This document shows positions 41,852-50,953 of a stretch of 64,000 bases of DNA, piece by piece; within the stretch, counting starts at the first letter, position 1, and each line of letters begins with the position of its first letter. The translations under genes were made by a program, and so were the position numbers. The stretch is from Kiritimatiellia bacterium (GTDB lineage Bacteria; Verrucomicrobiota; Kiritimatiellia; JAAZAB01), in contig JAXGPF010000004.1 of assembly GCA_040767085.1 (NCBI GenBank), positions 64,001-128,000 of the forward strand, written 5' to 3'. A model generated the notes under the pieces. That model worked only from the letters and a program-made list of their open reading frames with translations. It was not told where the DNA came from and ran no database searches.

Positions 41852-42226
41852 TTATTTTTTTGGAAAATACTTGACCATATTCAATCCCTTGAAGTCCTCA
41901 TCCTGCGTCCAGAGAGTTGCCGCATGTTCGCGTGCGGCCGCGAGGATGATGCTGTCCGCCATCGGCAACGAGTGCTTCAGGCTGAACGCAGCGGCAGATA
42001 ACGCTCGCTGCGGCGTAAGATCGACCAAGTGGCCGCGTTGCATGGCGGCGGCAGCCAGCAACGCCGCTTCTTCTCCTGATTCGCGCAGGAGAACCTTAAA
42101 GACTTCGCAGATGGACACGGTAGGCACAACCAGCGAATCCAAATCCTTGAGAGGAACGGCAAAACGTGAAGCGTTTTTTCCGTCGGAAAAGTATTCCAGC
42201 CAACCTGATGAGTCCACGACATTCAT
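41852..42226 (-). CDS. vapC: VapC-family PIN toxin
   Basis: VVDSSGWLEY, E, LPMADSII, LWTQDEDF. Confidence 0.92.
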   Translation of the reverse strand: MNVVDSSGWLEYFSDGKNASRFAVPLKDLDSLVVPTVSICEVFKVLLRESGEEAALLAAAAMQRGHLVDLTPQRALSAAAFSLKHSLPMADSIILAAAREHAATLWTQDEDFKGLNMVKYFPKK

Positions 42227-42429
42227 ACTCGATCCGCCTCTCTCGAAAAGTCCGTGTTGATTCCTTTCACAAACCCCCTGAGGTCCGAAATGTCGCGTTC
42301 CGGGATAAGCTCCACGCGTCCTGAATACTCAATCACCTGCATCCTCTGTCCGGGGCGAAGTTGCAGGTTATCTCGTACCGGACGGGGGATAACGATCTGA
42401 TATTTGGGTGATACCGTCACTGCATGCAT
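42223..42429 (-). CDS. AbrB/MazE-family antitoxin
   Basis: VSPKYQIVIPRPVRDNLQLRPG; own TTGACA promoter and CCATCGAT..ATCGATGG palindrome upstream. Confidence 0.9.
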   Translation of the reverse strand: MHAVTVSPKYQIVIPRPVRDNLQLRPGQRMQVIEYSGRVELIPERDISDLRGFVKGINTDFSREADRV

Positions 42430-42500
42430 GATGAATCCTCCATCGATCTGTTTTCGTAGTACAATATTCCAATCGATGGGTCGCTGTCAATTATCTTTAA

Positions 42501-42634
42501 GCCCAACGGCGAAATGTTAAGCGCAACTGACGGAGACCGCAAACTCGGCTTCCGATCGAACGGCAATTTTACAAATCAGGCTTTTGAAATCCGCGTCGCC
42601 CTGGTTGAGAATCGCCTGGATTTGTTTGTTGGGC
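42501..42634 (-). other. attC-like recombination site (composite)
   Basis: GCCCAAC...GTTGGGC boundaries; internal CAAATCCAGGC/GCCTGATTTG stem; 65 bp shared with 45431-45495. Confidence 0.7.
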
Positions 42635-42932
42635 TGGTTCTTTGTCCATGCAGAGCGTCAAGAACTGCAGCCGGATTGTGTGCAGCGATGGTCAGAAGCG
42701 CTTTCGCCGGCCCCTCGGGCTGGCGTCGGCCTTGCTCCCAGTTCTGGAGGGTCCGGGTGCTGACACCAATCATGACGGCAAACTCGCCTTGCGAGACGTC
42801 GAGATGCTCACGAACGACTCGAATATCAGGGGGCTTGATCTCGTAGAACCGGCTGGGTGTTCGGCGTCCCGCCTTGATCTCTCCGGCCTCCTTGATGCTG
42901 GCGACCAACCTGGCAAACGTGTCTGCTTTCAT
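42576..42932 (-). CDS. HigA/NadS-like Xre HTH antitoxin
   Basis: SQGEFAVMIGVSTRTLQNWEQGRRQPEGPAKALL. Confidence 0.9.
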   Translation of the reverse strand: MKADTFARLVASIKEAGEIKAGRRTPSRFYEIKPPDIRVVREHLDVSQGEFAVMIGVSTRTLQNWEQGRRQPEGPAKALLTIAAHNPAAVLDALHGQRTSPTNKSRRFSTRATRISKA

Positions 42933-43243
42933 GTTAACCACTCCTTGACCAACTCCCGGAGGAATTTTAGTTGCGCCGGCGTGAGGTCATCTTGATCTAT
43001 CTTCTTGTACGGCAAAAGCATGTAGATCGTATCCGGCATATCCCAGTAGTATATGACCCGCAGGGCACCGCGCTTGCCAATACCGGGTAGCTTCCACCGC
43101 ACCTTCCTCAATCCACCTCAGCCGCGGATGAGGTCCCCGGCATCCGGCCTGAACATCAGCGCCGTCTGCAATCTTCGGTACTCTTCATCCGGCAAGAGGC
43201 TTCTGATCTCTTTCGTGAACACGGAGGTCTCAATGAAAATCAT
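42929..43243 (-). pseudogene. RelE/HigB toxin with in-frame TGA at codon 42
   Basis: MIFIETSVFTK...AGDLIRG*GGLRKVRW...GKRGALRVIYY; TGA at 43118-43120. Confidence 0.85.
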
Positions 43244-43302
43244 GGAAATATCATACGCCAATGACGTATATTGTCAATCTCCGATTTCATCCTTTTTCTG
43301 CT

Positions 43303-43361
43303 GCCCAACGTCACTTCTATGGCGCGGCCTTCAGGCCGTCGCTTGCAGGAGCCGGTTCGGC
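43303..43361 (-). other. attC site (59 bp)
   Basis: Minus strand GCCGAAC...GGCCTGAAGGCC...GTTGGGC imperfect palindrome between cassette genes. Confidence 0.75.
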
Positions 43362-43419
43362 GGTCTTCTGATCGAGGGCCTCCAGGGCGCGAGAAATCGC
43401 CTGAATCGCAAGACGGAAG

Positions 43420-44520
43420 TCAAAGCCGGCGCACGCGTTCGAGTCGCGCGATCTGTTTCTGTCGCCGCTCGCTGTTCGTCTCGTCCGATTCCTTCGACTG
43501 CGGGACAAGCGACCACGGGCATCCGGCGCCTTCCATGAGGATGTCCCCGATCTTGCCGTACTCTTCGGCGGCGGCGAGTAGACGCTCGCGGGCTTCGCCC
43601 TTGAACAACGCAGCCTTCACCTTGAGCCAGCGGGAAGCGATAGGACGATTCTGCGTGAGCACGTCGTAGCACCAACCGCTGCCCTGCATACACGCCTTCG
43701 GGTCCTTAACCTTGCCCGCCTCGACATCGCGCAGATACTGGAGCCAAAACGCGTAGGCGGCATCGCCGGAAAGATAGTGGCCTTCAATCTTATCCTTGCG
43801 GTACCACATGTCGACGGCCTGCCTCAGGGCGGCGAGCGTCAGTTTGCGTTCATCGGCGCGCTCGCTGGCCAACTTGGGCTCCAGCCAGACGACCACTCCC
43901 CAAGGCCACTTGTCCCTGCCGCCAGCGAAGCCGGCAGCCTCGTCGTACCAGAACGGTTCACCGCCCCGCTTGTGATACGGATGAACGCACCACCATCGCC
44001 TGCCCTCGTCGGCGTACCCGATGATCAGGCCCTCCTCTTCGGCGACATAGTTCACGGGAATGCCGCGGTCGAGGCTCGTCTTGATCGCGGCACAGACTTC
44101 AGCGCGGAAGGCCTTGCCTTCCCCGGCGTTCCGTTCCGTCCTCCCCGGGAACGACTCGTATATCTTGGTTCGCCAGGGAATCGCCTTGTTGCTGTTCTCG
44201 ATGCACATGTACCCGCAGCAGGGATGTCCGGCGCTGGGACAGAGTCGGTTGTCGATGCCGACACGGAACGCGAACCCGCCGTAGCACACGAGGTCATCGT
44301 ACGTCATCGTTTCGCCGACGGCCTGGAGGATTCGAGCCTGCGCTCCGTGAACACTCGATCGACAGTCGGCGGGGCTGAAGCCCTTCACGCCATCGAGCCA
44401 CACCTTGCCGTCCTCTCGCCTGACCTTGGATGCCATGTTGTTACCTCTGTTCGTGTCGGCGGCAACGGCCACGCCTGCCGCAATCACCGCACAAAGCCAT
44501 GCGACCACGCCCTGTTTCAC
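43420..44520 (-). CDS. Exported hypothetical protein (gene cassette)
   Basis: 366-aa ORF, signal-peptide-like N-terminus, AGGAG SD directly after GTTGGGC. Confidence 0.7.
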   Translation of the reverse strand: MKQGVVAWLCAVIAAGVAVAADTNRGNNMASKVRREDGKVWLDGVKGFSPADCRSSVHGAQARILQAVGETMTYDDLVCYGGFAFRVGIDNRLCPSAGHPCCGYMCIENSNKAIPWRTKIYESFPGRTERNAGEGKAFRAEVCAAIKTSLDRGIPVNYVAEEEGLIIGYADEGRRWWCVHPYHKRGGEPFWYDEAAGFAGGRDKWPWGVVVWLEPKLASERADERKLTLAALRQAVDMWYRKDKIEGHYLSGDAAYAFWLQYLRDVEAGKVKDPKACMQGSGWCYDVLTQNRPIASRWLKVKAALFKGEARERLLAAAEEYGKIGDILMEGAGCPWSLVPQSKESDETNSERRQKQIARLERVRRL

Positions 44521-44531
44521 TCGATTCTCCT

Positions 44532-44590
44532 GCCCAACGTTACGGCTCTGTGGTCCCGTGTAGCGGGTACGCTGAAGCCGGAAGTTTTTA
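44532..44590 (-). other. attC site (59 bp)
   Basis: Minus strand TAAAAAC..CGGCTTCAGCG...CACAGAGCCG..GTTGGGC directly after a stop codon. Confidence 0.72.
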
Positions 44591-44830
44591 CTATTCCATC
44601 CCCAGCCTAGCGATAATGTCTTTTGCTTGTTCTGTTTGATTTTCAGGAACCATAACTTTCATGCTTCCTGCGCCTATACTCATTCCACCCATTTGGACGG
44701 AAGAAAATATTTCGTTTTCGACGTAGCAAGTGATATTCGCTTGCTCCAACGCCGCGCGAATCATTCCAGCTTGGACAGGATTGCGTGGCTGATAAACAGC
44801 TATAAACTTGGTATTATCTTGTTCGTTCAT
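44591..44830 (-). CDS. DUF2007-like putative signal transducing protein (cassette)
   Basis: AGMIRAALEQANI.C.V.NE...KVMVPE...A..II, 79 aa, AT-rich. Confidence 0.75.
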   Translation of the reverse strand: MNEQDNTKFIAVYQPRNPVQAGMIRAALEQANITCYVENEIFSSVQMGGMSIGAGSMKVMVPENQTEQAKDIIARLGME

Positions 44831-44840
44831 TTATTTTCAC

Positions 44841-44926
44841 ATCCAACGTCAGCGTTAATGCTGAGGCGCGCCTGGTGCGCCGCTAACGGGTGGCTGTAAG
44901 CCGTACCGTTCAGCGGCTGGTTAGGG
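44841..44926 (-). other. attC-like site
   Basis: Minus strand CCCTAAC (contains stop TAA) ..GCCGCTGAACGG...CCGTTAGCGGC...GTTGGAT. Confidence 0.7.
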
Positions 44927-45430
44927 ATTACTCTTCTTTGCTTGTCGTATCCAGTGAGGGATGGAAATCAACGATGCGACAGCGATTCCCACTCCCAAAG
45001 AGATCGTGCAGTAGAATGGTATGAAGATGAACGCGATGGCCGACGTGGATGACACTGGTCCATCAGTGTACAACGGCAGCCAGACCGAAACATGTGCGGG
45101 CACCATGAGTGCCAGTATGCCGACAAGACCGCAGACACAGAAGAAACAGAAACGAGCTCTCGTGAGCGTGCTCGTGAGAGCACGCAAGATGACAGAAAGA
45201 ATGCCAAAAGGAATCAGTCCAATGATGGCAAGAAGGAACAGATTGTGCCCCTCTGCAAACTGTCGGTGGGCAATATCTCGCAATGACTCGACTGGCGCTA
45301 TGCTGCCGACTGTGATTTCGAGGAGGAAGATCACAAGAGAGGGGGTAACCAAGCCAACCACGACGATGAGGTTCAGGCACGTCCGCCTGAACTTATCGAA
45401 CTGTCCATCTGTTTCGTTCATTCTCTGCAT
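44921..45430 (-). CDS. Four-TM hypothetical membrane protein (cassette)
   Basis: Hydrophobic ORF starting right after GTTAGGG and ending in CCCTAAC. Confidence 0.7.
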   Translation of the reverse strand: MQRMNETDGQFDKFRRTCLNLIVVVGLVTPSLVIFLLEITVGSIAPVESLRDIAHRQFAEGHNLFLLAIIGLIPFGILSVILRALTSTLTRARFCFFCVCGLVGILALMVPAHVSVWLPLYTDGPVSSTSAIAFIFIPFYCTISLGVGIAVASLISIPHWIRQAKKSNP

Positions 45431-45520
45431 CCCTAACGGCGAACTGTTGAGCGCAACTGACGGAGACAGGAAGCTCGGCTTCCGGGCGAACGGCAGTTAC
45501 GCTCGGCCGGTCGGTTCGGA
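45431..45520 (-). other. First att site of the array (attC-like hairpin or attI-derived)
   Basis: Minus strand TCCGAAC...GAGCGTAACTG...CAGTTGCGCTC...GTTAGGG. Confidence 0.65.
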
Positions 45521-45868
45521 ATTTCCCCAAGCTTATCCTGGCCGGACTTTCCATCTATGCCGGATGATAGGCGATTCCCCGATTAATACGCAATATTTTT
45601 CTGTTTTCCTTGGTTGACCGAGCGGAAAGTACAAGAATCCTTGACTGACACCTTGACCCTTCGTGATCTTCGTGCCCTTCGTGGTTAATCAGCAAAGGAA
45701 CAAAGGGGCAGAGGGGCAGAATCTGGGTCTTTCGCGTTCCTTGTGTTCTTTTGCGGTTAATTCATTCCCTTCGTGGCCTTCCATGAGATAAAACGCAGCC
45801 GTGGGTTCACGCAGGATCGAGCATAAATTGCATTGAATTGACACCGCCGCCAAACTAGACTGCCCGGC

Positions 45869-47125
45869 ATGGAAGCACTCTGGCAAAGTCTCGCGCCGCA
45901 CCTGCCGGTACTGTTGATTTTCAGCCTGACCTACCTGGGGGTGGCGCTGGGCGGCATCCCGGGCCTGGCGCTGGATCGCACGGGCGTGGCGCTGCTGGGC
46001 GCCATCGCCATGGTGGCCGCCGGCTGCGTTTCCATTCCCGACGCGCTGTTGATGGTGGACGCCAACACCATCATCCTGCTTTACGCTTTGATGCTGCTCT
46101 CCGCCCAGTTCCGCCTGGCCGGCAGCTACACCATGACCGTCCTGCACCTGCGGCGTTTCATGGGGCGCCCGGCATCCTTCCTGCTGCTGGTCATGCTCAG
46201 TTCCGCCATCCTCTCGGCCATCCTGGTGAATGACGTGATCTGCCTGGCCTTGACACCGGTGCTGACCGTGCTCCTGCTGCAGTCCGGGCTGAATCCCGCG
46301 CCTTACCTGCTGGGCTTGGCCATCGCCAGCAACATCGGCTCGGCCGCCACGATCATCGGTAACCCGCAGAACATGCTGCTGGGCCAAACCGGGCACCTGG
46401 ACTTCGGGGCATTCCTGGCATGGTGCGGCCCGCCCTCTTTCTTGGCGCTGCTGGCCGCCTACGGCTGGATTATGCTGGCCTACCGCGGACGGCTGCGCCG
46501 CGCCGGCGGCGCTGCCCCTGCGGCGCCCGGCGGCGGGGCCTGGCCGGTGTTCAACCCGCACCAGAACCGCAAGGCGCTGGCCATGGCCATCCTGTTGATC
46601 GCCCTCTTTTTCACGAATATTCCCCGGGAACTTACCGCGCTGGCGGTGGCCGGGGTGCTTTTGTGCAGCCGGAGCATGCACACCCGCGAAATGCTGGCGC
46701 TGGTGGACTGGCACCTGATCACCCTGTTTTGCGGGTTGTTCATCGTCACCGGCGTGCTGTCACGGACGGGGCTGCCCCTGGAATTCATGCATTGGATCAC
46801 GGCCCAGGGCGGCAATCCGCAAAACCCATACGCGCTTACCGCACTGGCCGCCGGCCTGAGCAATCTGGTGAGCAATGTCCCGGCGGTGATGCTGTTGCTC
46901 CAATTCCTGCAGCCGGATGATCCCGCTACCTGGTATATCATGGCCCTGGCCAGCACTTATGCCGGCAACCTGATCACCATCGGCAGCATTGCCAACCTGA
47001 TCACCATCGAGCAGGCGGGGCTTTGCGGCGTTAAAATCAGTTTCCGCGAACACGCCCGGGTGGGCGTGCCGGTGACCGTTTTGTCATTGCTGATCCTGGC
47101 GGCATGGATTGCCGTCTGTTTTTGA
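45869..47125 (+). CDS. ArsB/NhaD (SLC13-like) anion transporter
   Basis: LDRTGVALLGA, ASNIGSAATIIGNPQN, LVSNVPAV, STYAGNL..GSIANLI. Confidence 0.88.
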   Translation: MEALWQSLAPHLPVLLIFSLTYLGVALGGIPGLALDRTGVALLGAIAMVAAGCVSIPDALLMVDANTIILLYALMLLSAQFRLAGSYTMTVLHLRRFMGRPASFLLLVMLSSAILSAILVNDVICLALTPVLTVLLLQSGLNPAPYLLGLAIASNIGSAATIIGNPQNMLLGQTGHLDFGAFLAWCGPPSFLALLAAYGWIMLAYRGRLRRAGGAAPAAPGGGAWPVFNPHQNRKALAMAILLIALFFTNIPRELTALAVAGVLLCSRSMHTREMLALVDWHLITLFCGLFIVTGVLSRTGLPLEFMHWITAQGGNPQNPYALTALAAGLSNLVSNVPAVMLLLQFLQPDDPATWYIMALASTYAGNLITIGSIANLITIEQAGLCGVKISFREHARVGVPVTVLSLLILAAWIAVCF

Positions 47126-47220
47126 CCAACCCAATGGATCCTTTACCACCGCTTCTCCGTTTTAGCGAGAATTCGGTTCGGAATGGCGGTTATGGCCTGC
47201 GCATCCTATCCCGGACACCG

Positions 47221-47606
47221 CCCTTGTAGTGGCGCAACTGTGTTGCGCTTCCCGTCCCGGACGCCACTGTAGCGGCGCAACTGTGTTGCGCATCCCATTC
47301 AGAACGCCGAACGCAGTTCGGCCACTACATCCGGAAATTTCCCATCATAGCAAGCGCGGCGGCATAATTTGCTCACGGCTGCGTCATTCCAGGAAAAGAC
47401 GGCTCGGTACGGAGACATCGCCCTACCGGGAGAATGCTCTGTAGGTAGGGCGACGTTTCCGACGGAGCCGCGGTCGGACGGCTCGCCCGGAGGTCTCGCC
47501 CCACCATTTCATAAGCATTTGCCATGGATATAGCCCTTGTAGCGGCGCAACTGTGTTGCGCATTCTATCCCGGATGCCGAACGCAGTTCGGCCGCTACAT
47601 CCGGAA
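47221..47606. repeat. Cluster of GTAG-type REP-like palindromes
   Basis: 3x TGTAGYGGCGCAACTGTGTTGCGC, 2x GCCGAACGCAGTTCGGCCRCTACA, and CGCCCTACC/GGTAGGGCG pair; lies between the transporter and kinase genes. Confidence 0.85.
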
Positions 47607-47690
47607 GTTTTCAGCATGGAATGAGCGGCCGTGCTTAATTTCCGCGGAAACTGCTTGCCAAGCCGGCGTCTTTCCCTATTATTTCCCCCC

Positions 47691-48920
47691 ATGTCCAATA
47701 CGGCTACCATTCAGATCGAGCAGCAGGAAACCATGGTCATGGACCAGGCCGCGCGCACCGCCGCCGCCGGGATGACGGCTGCCGCCCGGACTGAAAAGCG
47801 GCCGGTCGACCCGGAATTCGAGGAATTGGTTGCCAATTACCGCGCCATCCTGCACAACCGCAGCATCCCCTACCCGGTAGCCTACCAGTTCGTCAAAGAG
47901 CTGGGCCACGGTCGGCAGGGCGTGGTGTTCCTCGGCATCCGGCACGGCGCCCGCGGCTGCCTGACCCACCATGCCATCAAACTGTTCGATCCCAGCATCT
48001 ATTCCAGCGCTTCACGTTACTGGACGGACATGGGCCGCGTTGCCAAACAAATCTCGCTGCTGCAGCCGATCAACAACAGCAACCTGGTCTCGCGCGATTT
48101 TTACGAGGAATGCAACGGCATCGGCTACATGCAGATGCAGGCGATTGACGGCGTGGATTTGCATTTCCTCTTGGACCGCAAGCAGATCGAGGTAGCGCGC
48201 CGGCGGAGCACGCCCGAGGAATGGGAGCATTTTTCCCGCGTGCTGTTTCAGGTGGAAGACGACCGGATCAGCCTCCAGCCAGGCGCGGCACTGCACATCC
48301 TGCGCAACGTGCTGCGCGGCCTGGACGTGCTCCATGACAACGGCTTCCTCCACGGCGACATCAAACCGACCAACATCATGATTGACGTCCAGGGGACCAT
48401 CAAGGTGGTGGACTTCGGCCGCGCCGCCCGGATTGGCGAAAAGGTCAATATCCTGCTGGGCAGTCCCCTTTACATGGCCCCGGAAGTCCACCGGCGCGAA
48501 CCGGGATTCGTCCAGTCCGACATTTTCAGCACCGGCCTGCTGGGCCTGGAACTGCTGCGCGGGCGGCAGATTACCGCCTATGCGGAATTGAACGAAAATG
48601 CCCTGATGGACTTTAAAAACGCCCTCGTGCGGCACCTGGAAGATTTTCTGCCGGAAAGCGTCCTGCAGAACATCGAATTCACCAACGTGCTGCGCCGTTT
48701 CCTGGAGTCGGAAATCGTCAACCGGTACGCCAGCGCGCGCGAAGCGGAATCGGGCGAACAGAGCCTTATGTCCGCCCGGCAATGGATGTCGGATTTCGAA
48801 CGCGAAGCGGAATACGAGCGCGAATTGGAAGACTACCTGGACAAGCTGGTGGACCCGGAAACCGGCGCTTTGAATCCGCATTTCGCGTCAGACAACCTGA
48901 CGGCCGTGATCATCACCTGA
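47691..48920 (+). CDS. Hanks-type Ser/Thr protein kinase (cytoplasmic)
   Basis: LGHGRQGVVF, AIK, HGDIKPTNI, DFG, YMAPE, SDIFS. Confidence 0.92.
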   Translation: MSNTATIQIEQQETMVMDQAARTAAAGMTAAARTEKRPVDPEFEELVANYRAILHNRSIPYPVAYQFVKELGHGRQGVVFLGIRHGARGCLTHHAIKLFDPSIYSSASRYWTDMGRVAKQISLLQPINNSNLVSRDFYEECNGIGYMQMQAIDGVDLHFLLDRKQIEVARRRSTPEEWEHFSRVLFQVEDDRISLQPGAALHILRNVLRGLDVLHDNGFLHGDIKPTNIMIDVQGTIKVVDFGRAARIGEKVNILLGSPLYMAPEVHRREPGFVQSDIFSTGLLGLELLRGRQITAYAELNENALMDFKNALVRHLEDFLPESVLQNIEFTNVLRRFLESEIVNRYASAREAESGEQSLMSARQWMSDFEREAEYERELEDYLDKLVDPETGALNPHFASDNLTAVIIT

Positions 48921-48927
48921 CGGTCAA

Positions 48928-49836
48928 TCAGGCAGCGGGCGCGGCGCGCAATCCCAGGAGGCGCTGCGCCGCCCAGGCCGCGGCAAACGTCAGGCCCACT
49001 CCCGCCAGGCCGGCCAGTCCGCCGGCCAGCCAGGCATTGCGGATCCCGGGCAGGATGTAATCCGGCAGCAGCCCGGCAAAGGCCGGCGCGGATGCATGCA
49101 GGAAGTGATATTTCGCCGCCACCCACTCCAGGCCGTCCGGCCAGGTGGACGCCAACGGGCTTAACAGCAGCGCCATCACCGCGGCCGCTGCCAGCGGGGC
49201 AAGCGTCAGCCGCCGCGCGCCGCTTTGCGCCGGCTTGGACGCGAAAGCCGCGCAAAGCACGGCGGTAAGCACAGCTTCACCCAGGCCGATCAACGCATGC
49301 GCCCCCAGCATGGACGGCAGCACCGTCCCCAGGGCCGCCTGGCCATCCAGGGCCAATTCCAGGCTGACCGCCAGGGCGGCCAGCATGACGGAAATCCAGG
49401 CGGCCAGCATGCCGGCCAGACGGCGTCCCGCCGGAGTGCCAGTCCTGGCCGCCAGTTGCTGGCGTATCCAGCCGCCGGCGCCGGCGCCGATCAACGCCAT
49501 GTTAAAGAGGTTGGCGCCCAGCACGGACATCCCGCCGTCGGCAAACACGAGGCTCTGCACGGCCACCACCAGGGCTATAGCCAGGATGCCGGAGGGAATC
49601 CCCAGCAAGCTGGCGGCGACCACCCCGCCCAGCAGATGCCCGGAAGTGCCATGCAACACGGGAAAATTCAGCATCTGCCCGGCGAAAATCAGGGCGGCGA
49701 CGGCGCCAAAACGGCCGGGGGACGGCTGATCCGGGGAGCGGGCGCTGCGCCAGGCGGCGGCAATGATTACCACCGCGCTGACGGCGGCGGTTACGGGGCA
49801 AAGGTTGCCTTGCAGCATGGAATCCGGAATATGCAT
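48928..49836 (-). CDS. cbiM: ECF cobalt/nickel transporter S component CbiM/NikMN (with PDGLE domain)
   Basis: MHIPD N-terminus, GTSGHLLG, FADGG..LGAN, PDGLE. Confidence 0.9.
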   Translation of the reverse strand: MHIPDSMLQGNLCPVTAAVSAVVIIAAAWRSARSPDQPSPGRFGAVAALIFAGQMLNFPVLHGTSGHLLGGVVAASLLGIPSGILAIALVVAVQSLVFADGGMSVLGANLFNMALIGAGAGGWIRQQLAARTGTPAGRRLAGMLAAWISVMLAALAVSLELALDGQAALGTVLPSMLGAHALIGLGEAVLTAVLCAAFASKPAQSGARRLTLAPLAAAAVMALLLSPLASTWPDGLEWVAAKYHFLHASAPAFAGLLPDYILPGIRNAWLAGGLAGLAGVGLTFAAAWAAQRLLGLRAAPAA

Positions 49837-49881
49837 AAGATGCTCCCTGAGTTAAACGCAATATCGCAAAACATTGGTGCC

Positions 49882-49910
49882 TTTATAGCGTGACCATAAA
49901 ACTGCGTCAA
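49882..49910 (-). promoter_or_regulatory. Putative sigma70 promoter of cbiM
   Basis: Minus strand TTGACG-17nt-TATAAA. Confidence 0.6.
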
Positions 49911-49940
49911 GCGTTGTTTTAGACGGCGGTCGGGCGGCAT

Positions 49941-50140
49941 CTTTCCGGATAGCGCCACATCCTGCTTCATCAGACTACGCAGGACAAGCAGTGGCCGTGC
50001 ACGCCGAAGCCATGCGTAGGCGGGCGTTCGGCGTCTTTCCGGATTGCGCCACGCAGTGGCGCCACTACAACCAGATTACTGTAGCGGTCCGGCTTTGCCG
50101 GACATTCCGGAATCCGGATTACACCACATACTGCTTCATC
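49941..50140. repeat. REP-like palindrome cluster
   Basis: Repeated CTTTCCGGAT.GCGCCAC..GCAGTGGC, CTACA/TGTAG ends, GCCGAAGC hairpin. Confidence 0.7.
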
Positions 50141-50178
50141 CCGTCGTCCGTGTCATAAGGCGAATTGCTTTGGACGCG

Positions 50179-50934
50179 TCAGAAAGGCGTCGCTAAATCC
50201 ACGAATTCCGCCGCGATTTTAAACCGCCGCGCCAGCAGTTCCGCCAGCGCGCGCACGCCAAAGGTTTCCGTGGCATAATGCCCGCCGAAAATCGCGTTGA
50301 CACCGTATTCCCGCGCCAGGTGCCAGGCCGCCAGGGTCGGCTCGCCGGAAAGAAACACATCCACCCGATCGCGCCCGGCCTCGTCCAATTCCGCCGCGCC
50401 GCCGCCGGAGACCACCGCCACCGTGCGCACCAAGCGCGGGCCAAATTCCATGGTCCGCAGTTCCGCGCCTAAAATCCGGCCGGCCAATTTTTTGAAATCC
50501 GCATAGGGCATGGCCCGGGGCAGACGGCCGGCGAAACCGATCTGCGCCCCATGATACCAGCCGAACTTGCGGAGCTGCCGCAAGCCCAGGGCGCGGCAAA
50601 TGCAGGCATTGTTGCCGTAGCGCGGATGGGCATCCAACGGCAGGTGGCAGGCATACAGCGCCATGCCGCGGTCGAGCAGAAATTTCACGCGGTTGTAATT
50701 CAAGCCGGTGATGCGTTTCAGGGAATCGCCCCAACTGATGCCATGATGGCAGACCAGCAGGCTGGCCTGGCGGCGCGCGGCGGCCTGGAAGAATTCCAGG
50801 CTGGCATCCACGCCGCAGCAGACCCGGCGCACCGGCCCGTCGCCCGCCACCTGCAAGCCGTTATGCGAAACGTCCTGCCATTCCCCGACCTTCAGTGTCC
50901 GATCCAGAAATGCCGCGATAGTTTCAATATTCAT
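50179..50934 (-). CDS. Nif3/YbgI-like dinuclear metal center protein
   Basis: NGLQV.G, VCHHG, CHLPLDAHP, GGHYATETFG. Confidence 0.92.
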   Translation of the reverse strand: MNIETIAAFLDRTLKVGEWQDVSHNGLQVAGDGPVRRVCCGVDASLEFFQAAARRQASLLVCHHGISWGDSLKRITGLNYNRVKFLLDRGMALYACHLPLDAHPRYGNNACICRALGLRQLRKFGWYHGAQIGFAGRLPRAMPYADFKKLAGRILGAELRTMEFGPRLVRTVAVVSGGGAAELDEAGRDRVDVFLSGEPTLAAWHLAREYGVNAIFGGHYATETFGVRALAELLARRFKIAAEFVDLATPF

Positions 50935-50953
50935 TTTAGCCGCCTCCGCTGTG

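Noticed and set aside
43118-43120. Selenocysteine codon in the toxin
   Set aside because: The position is not a conserved Cys in RelE/HigB and I see no convincing SECIS.
49837-50170. Cobalamin riboswitch upstream of cbiM
   Set aside because: No B12-box motifs; the putative promoter is only about 45 bp from the start and the rest is REP-like.
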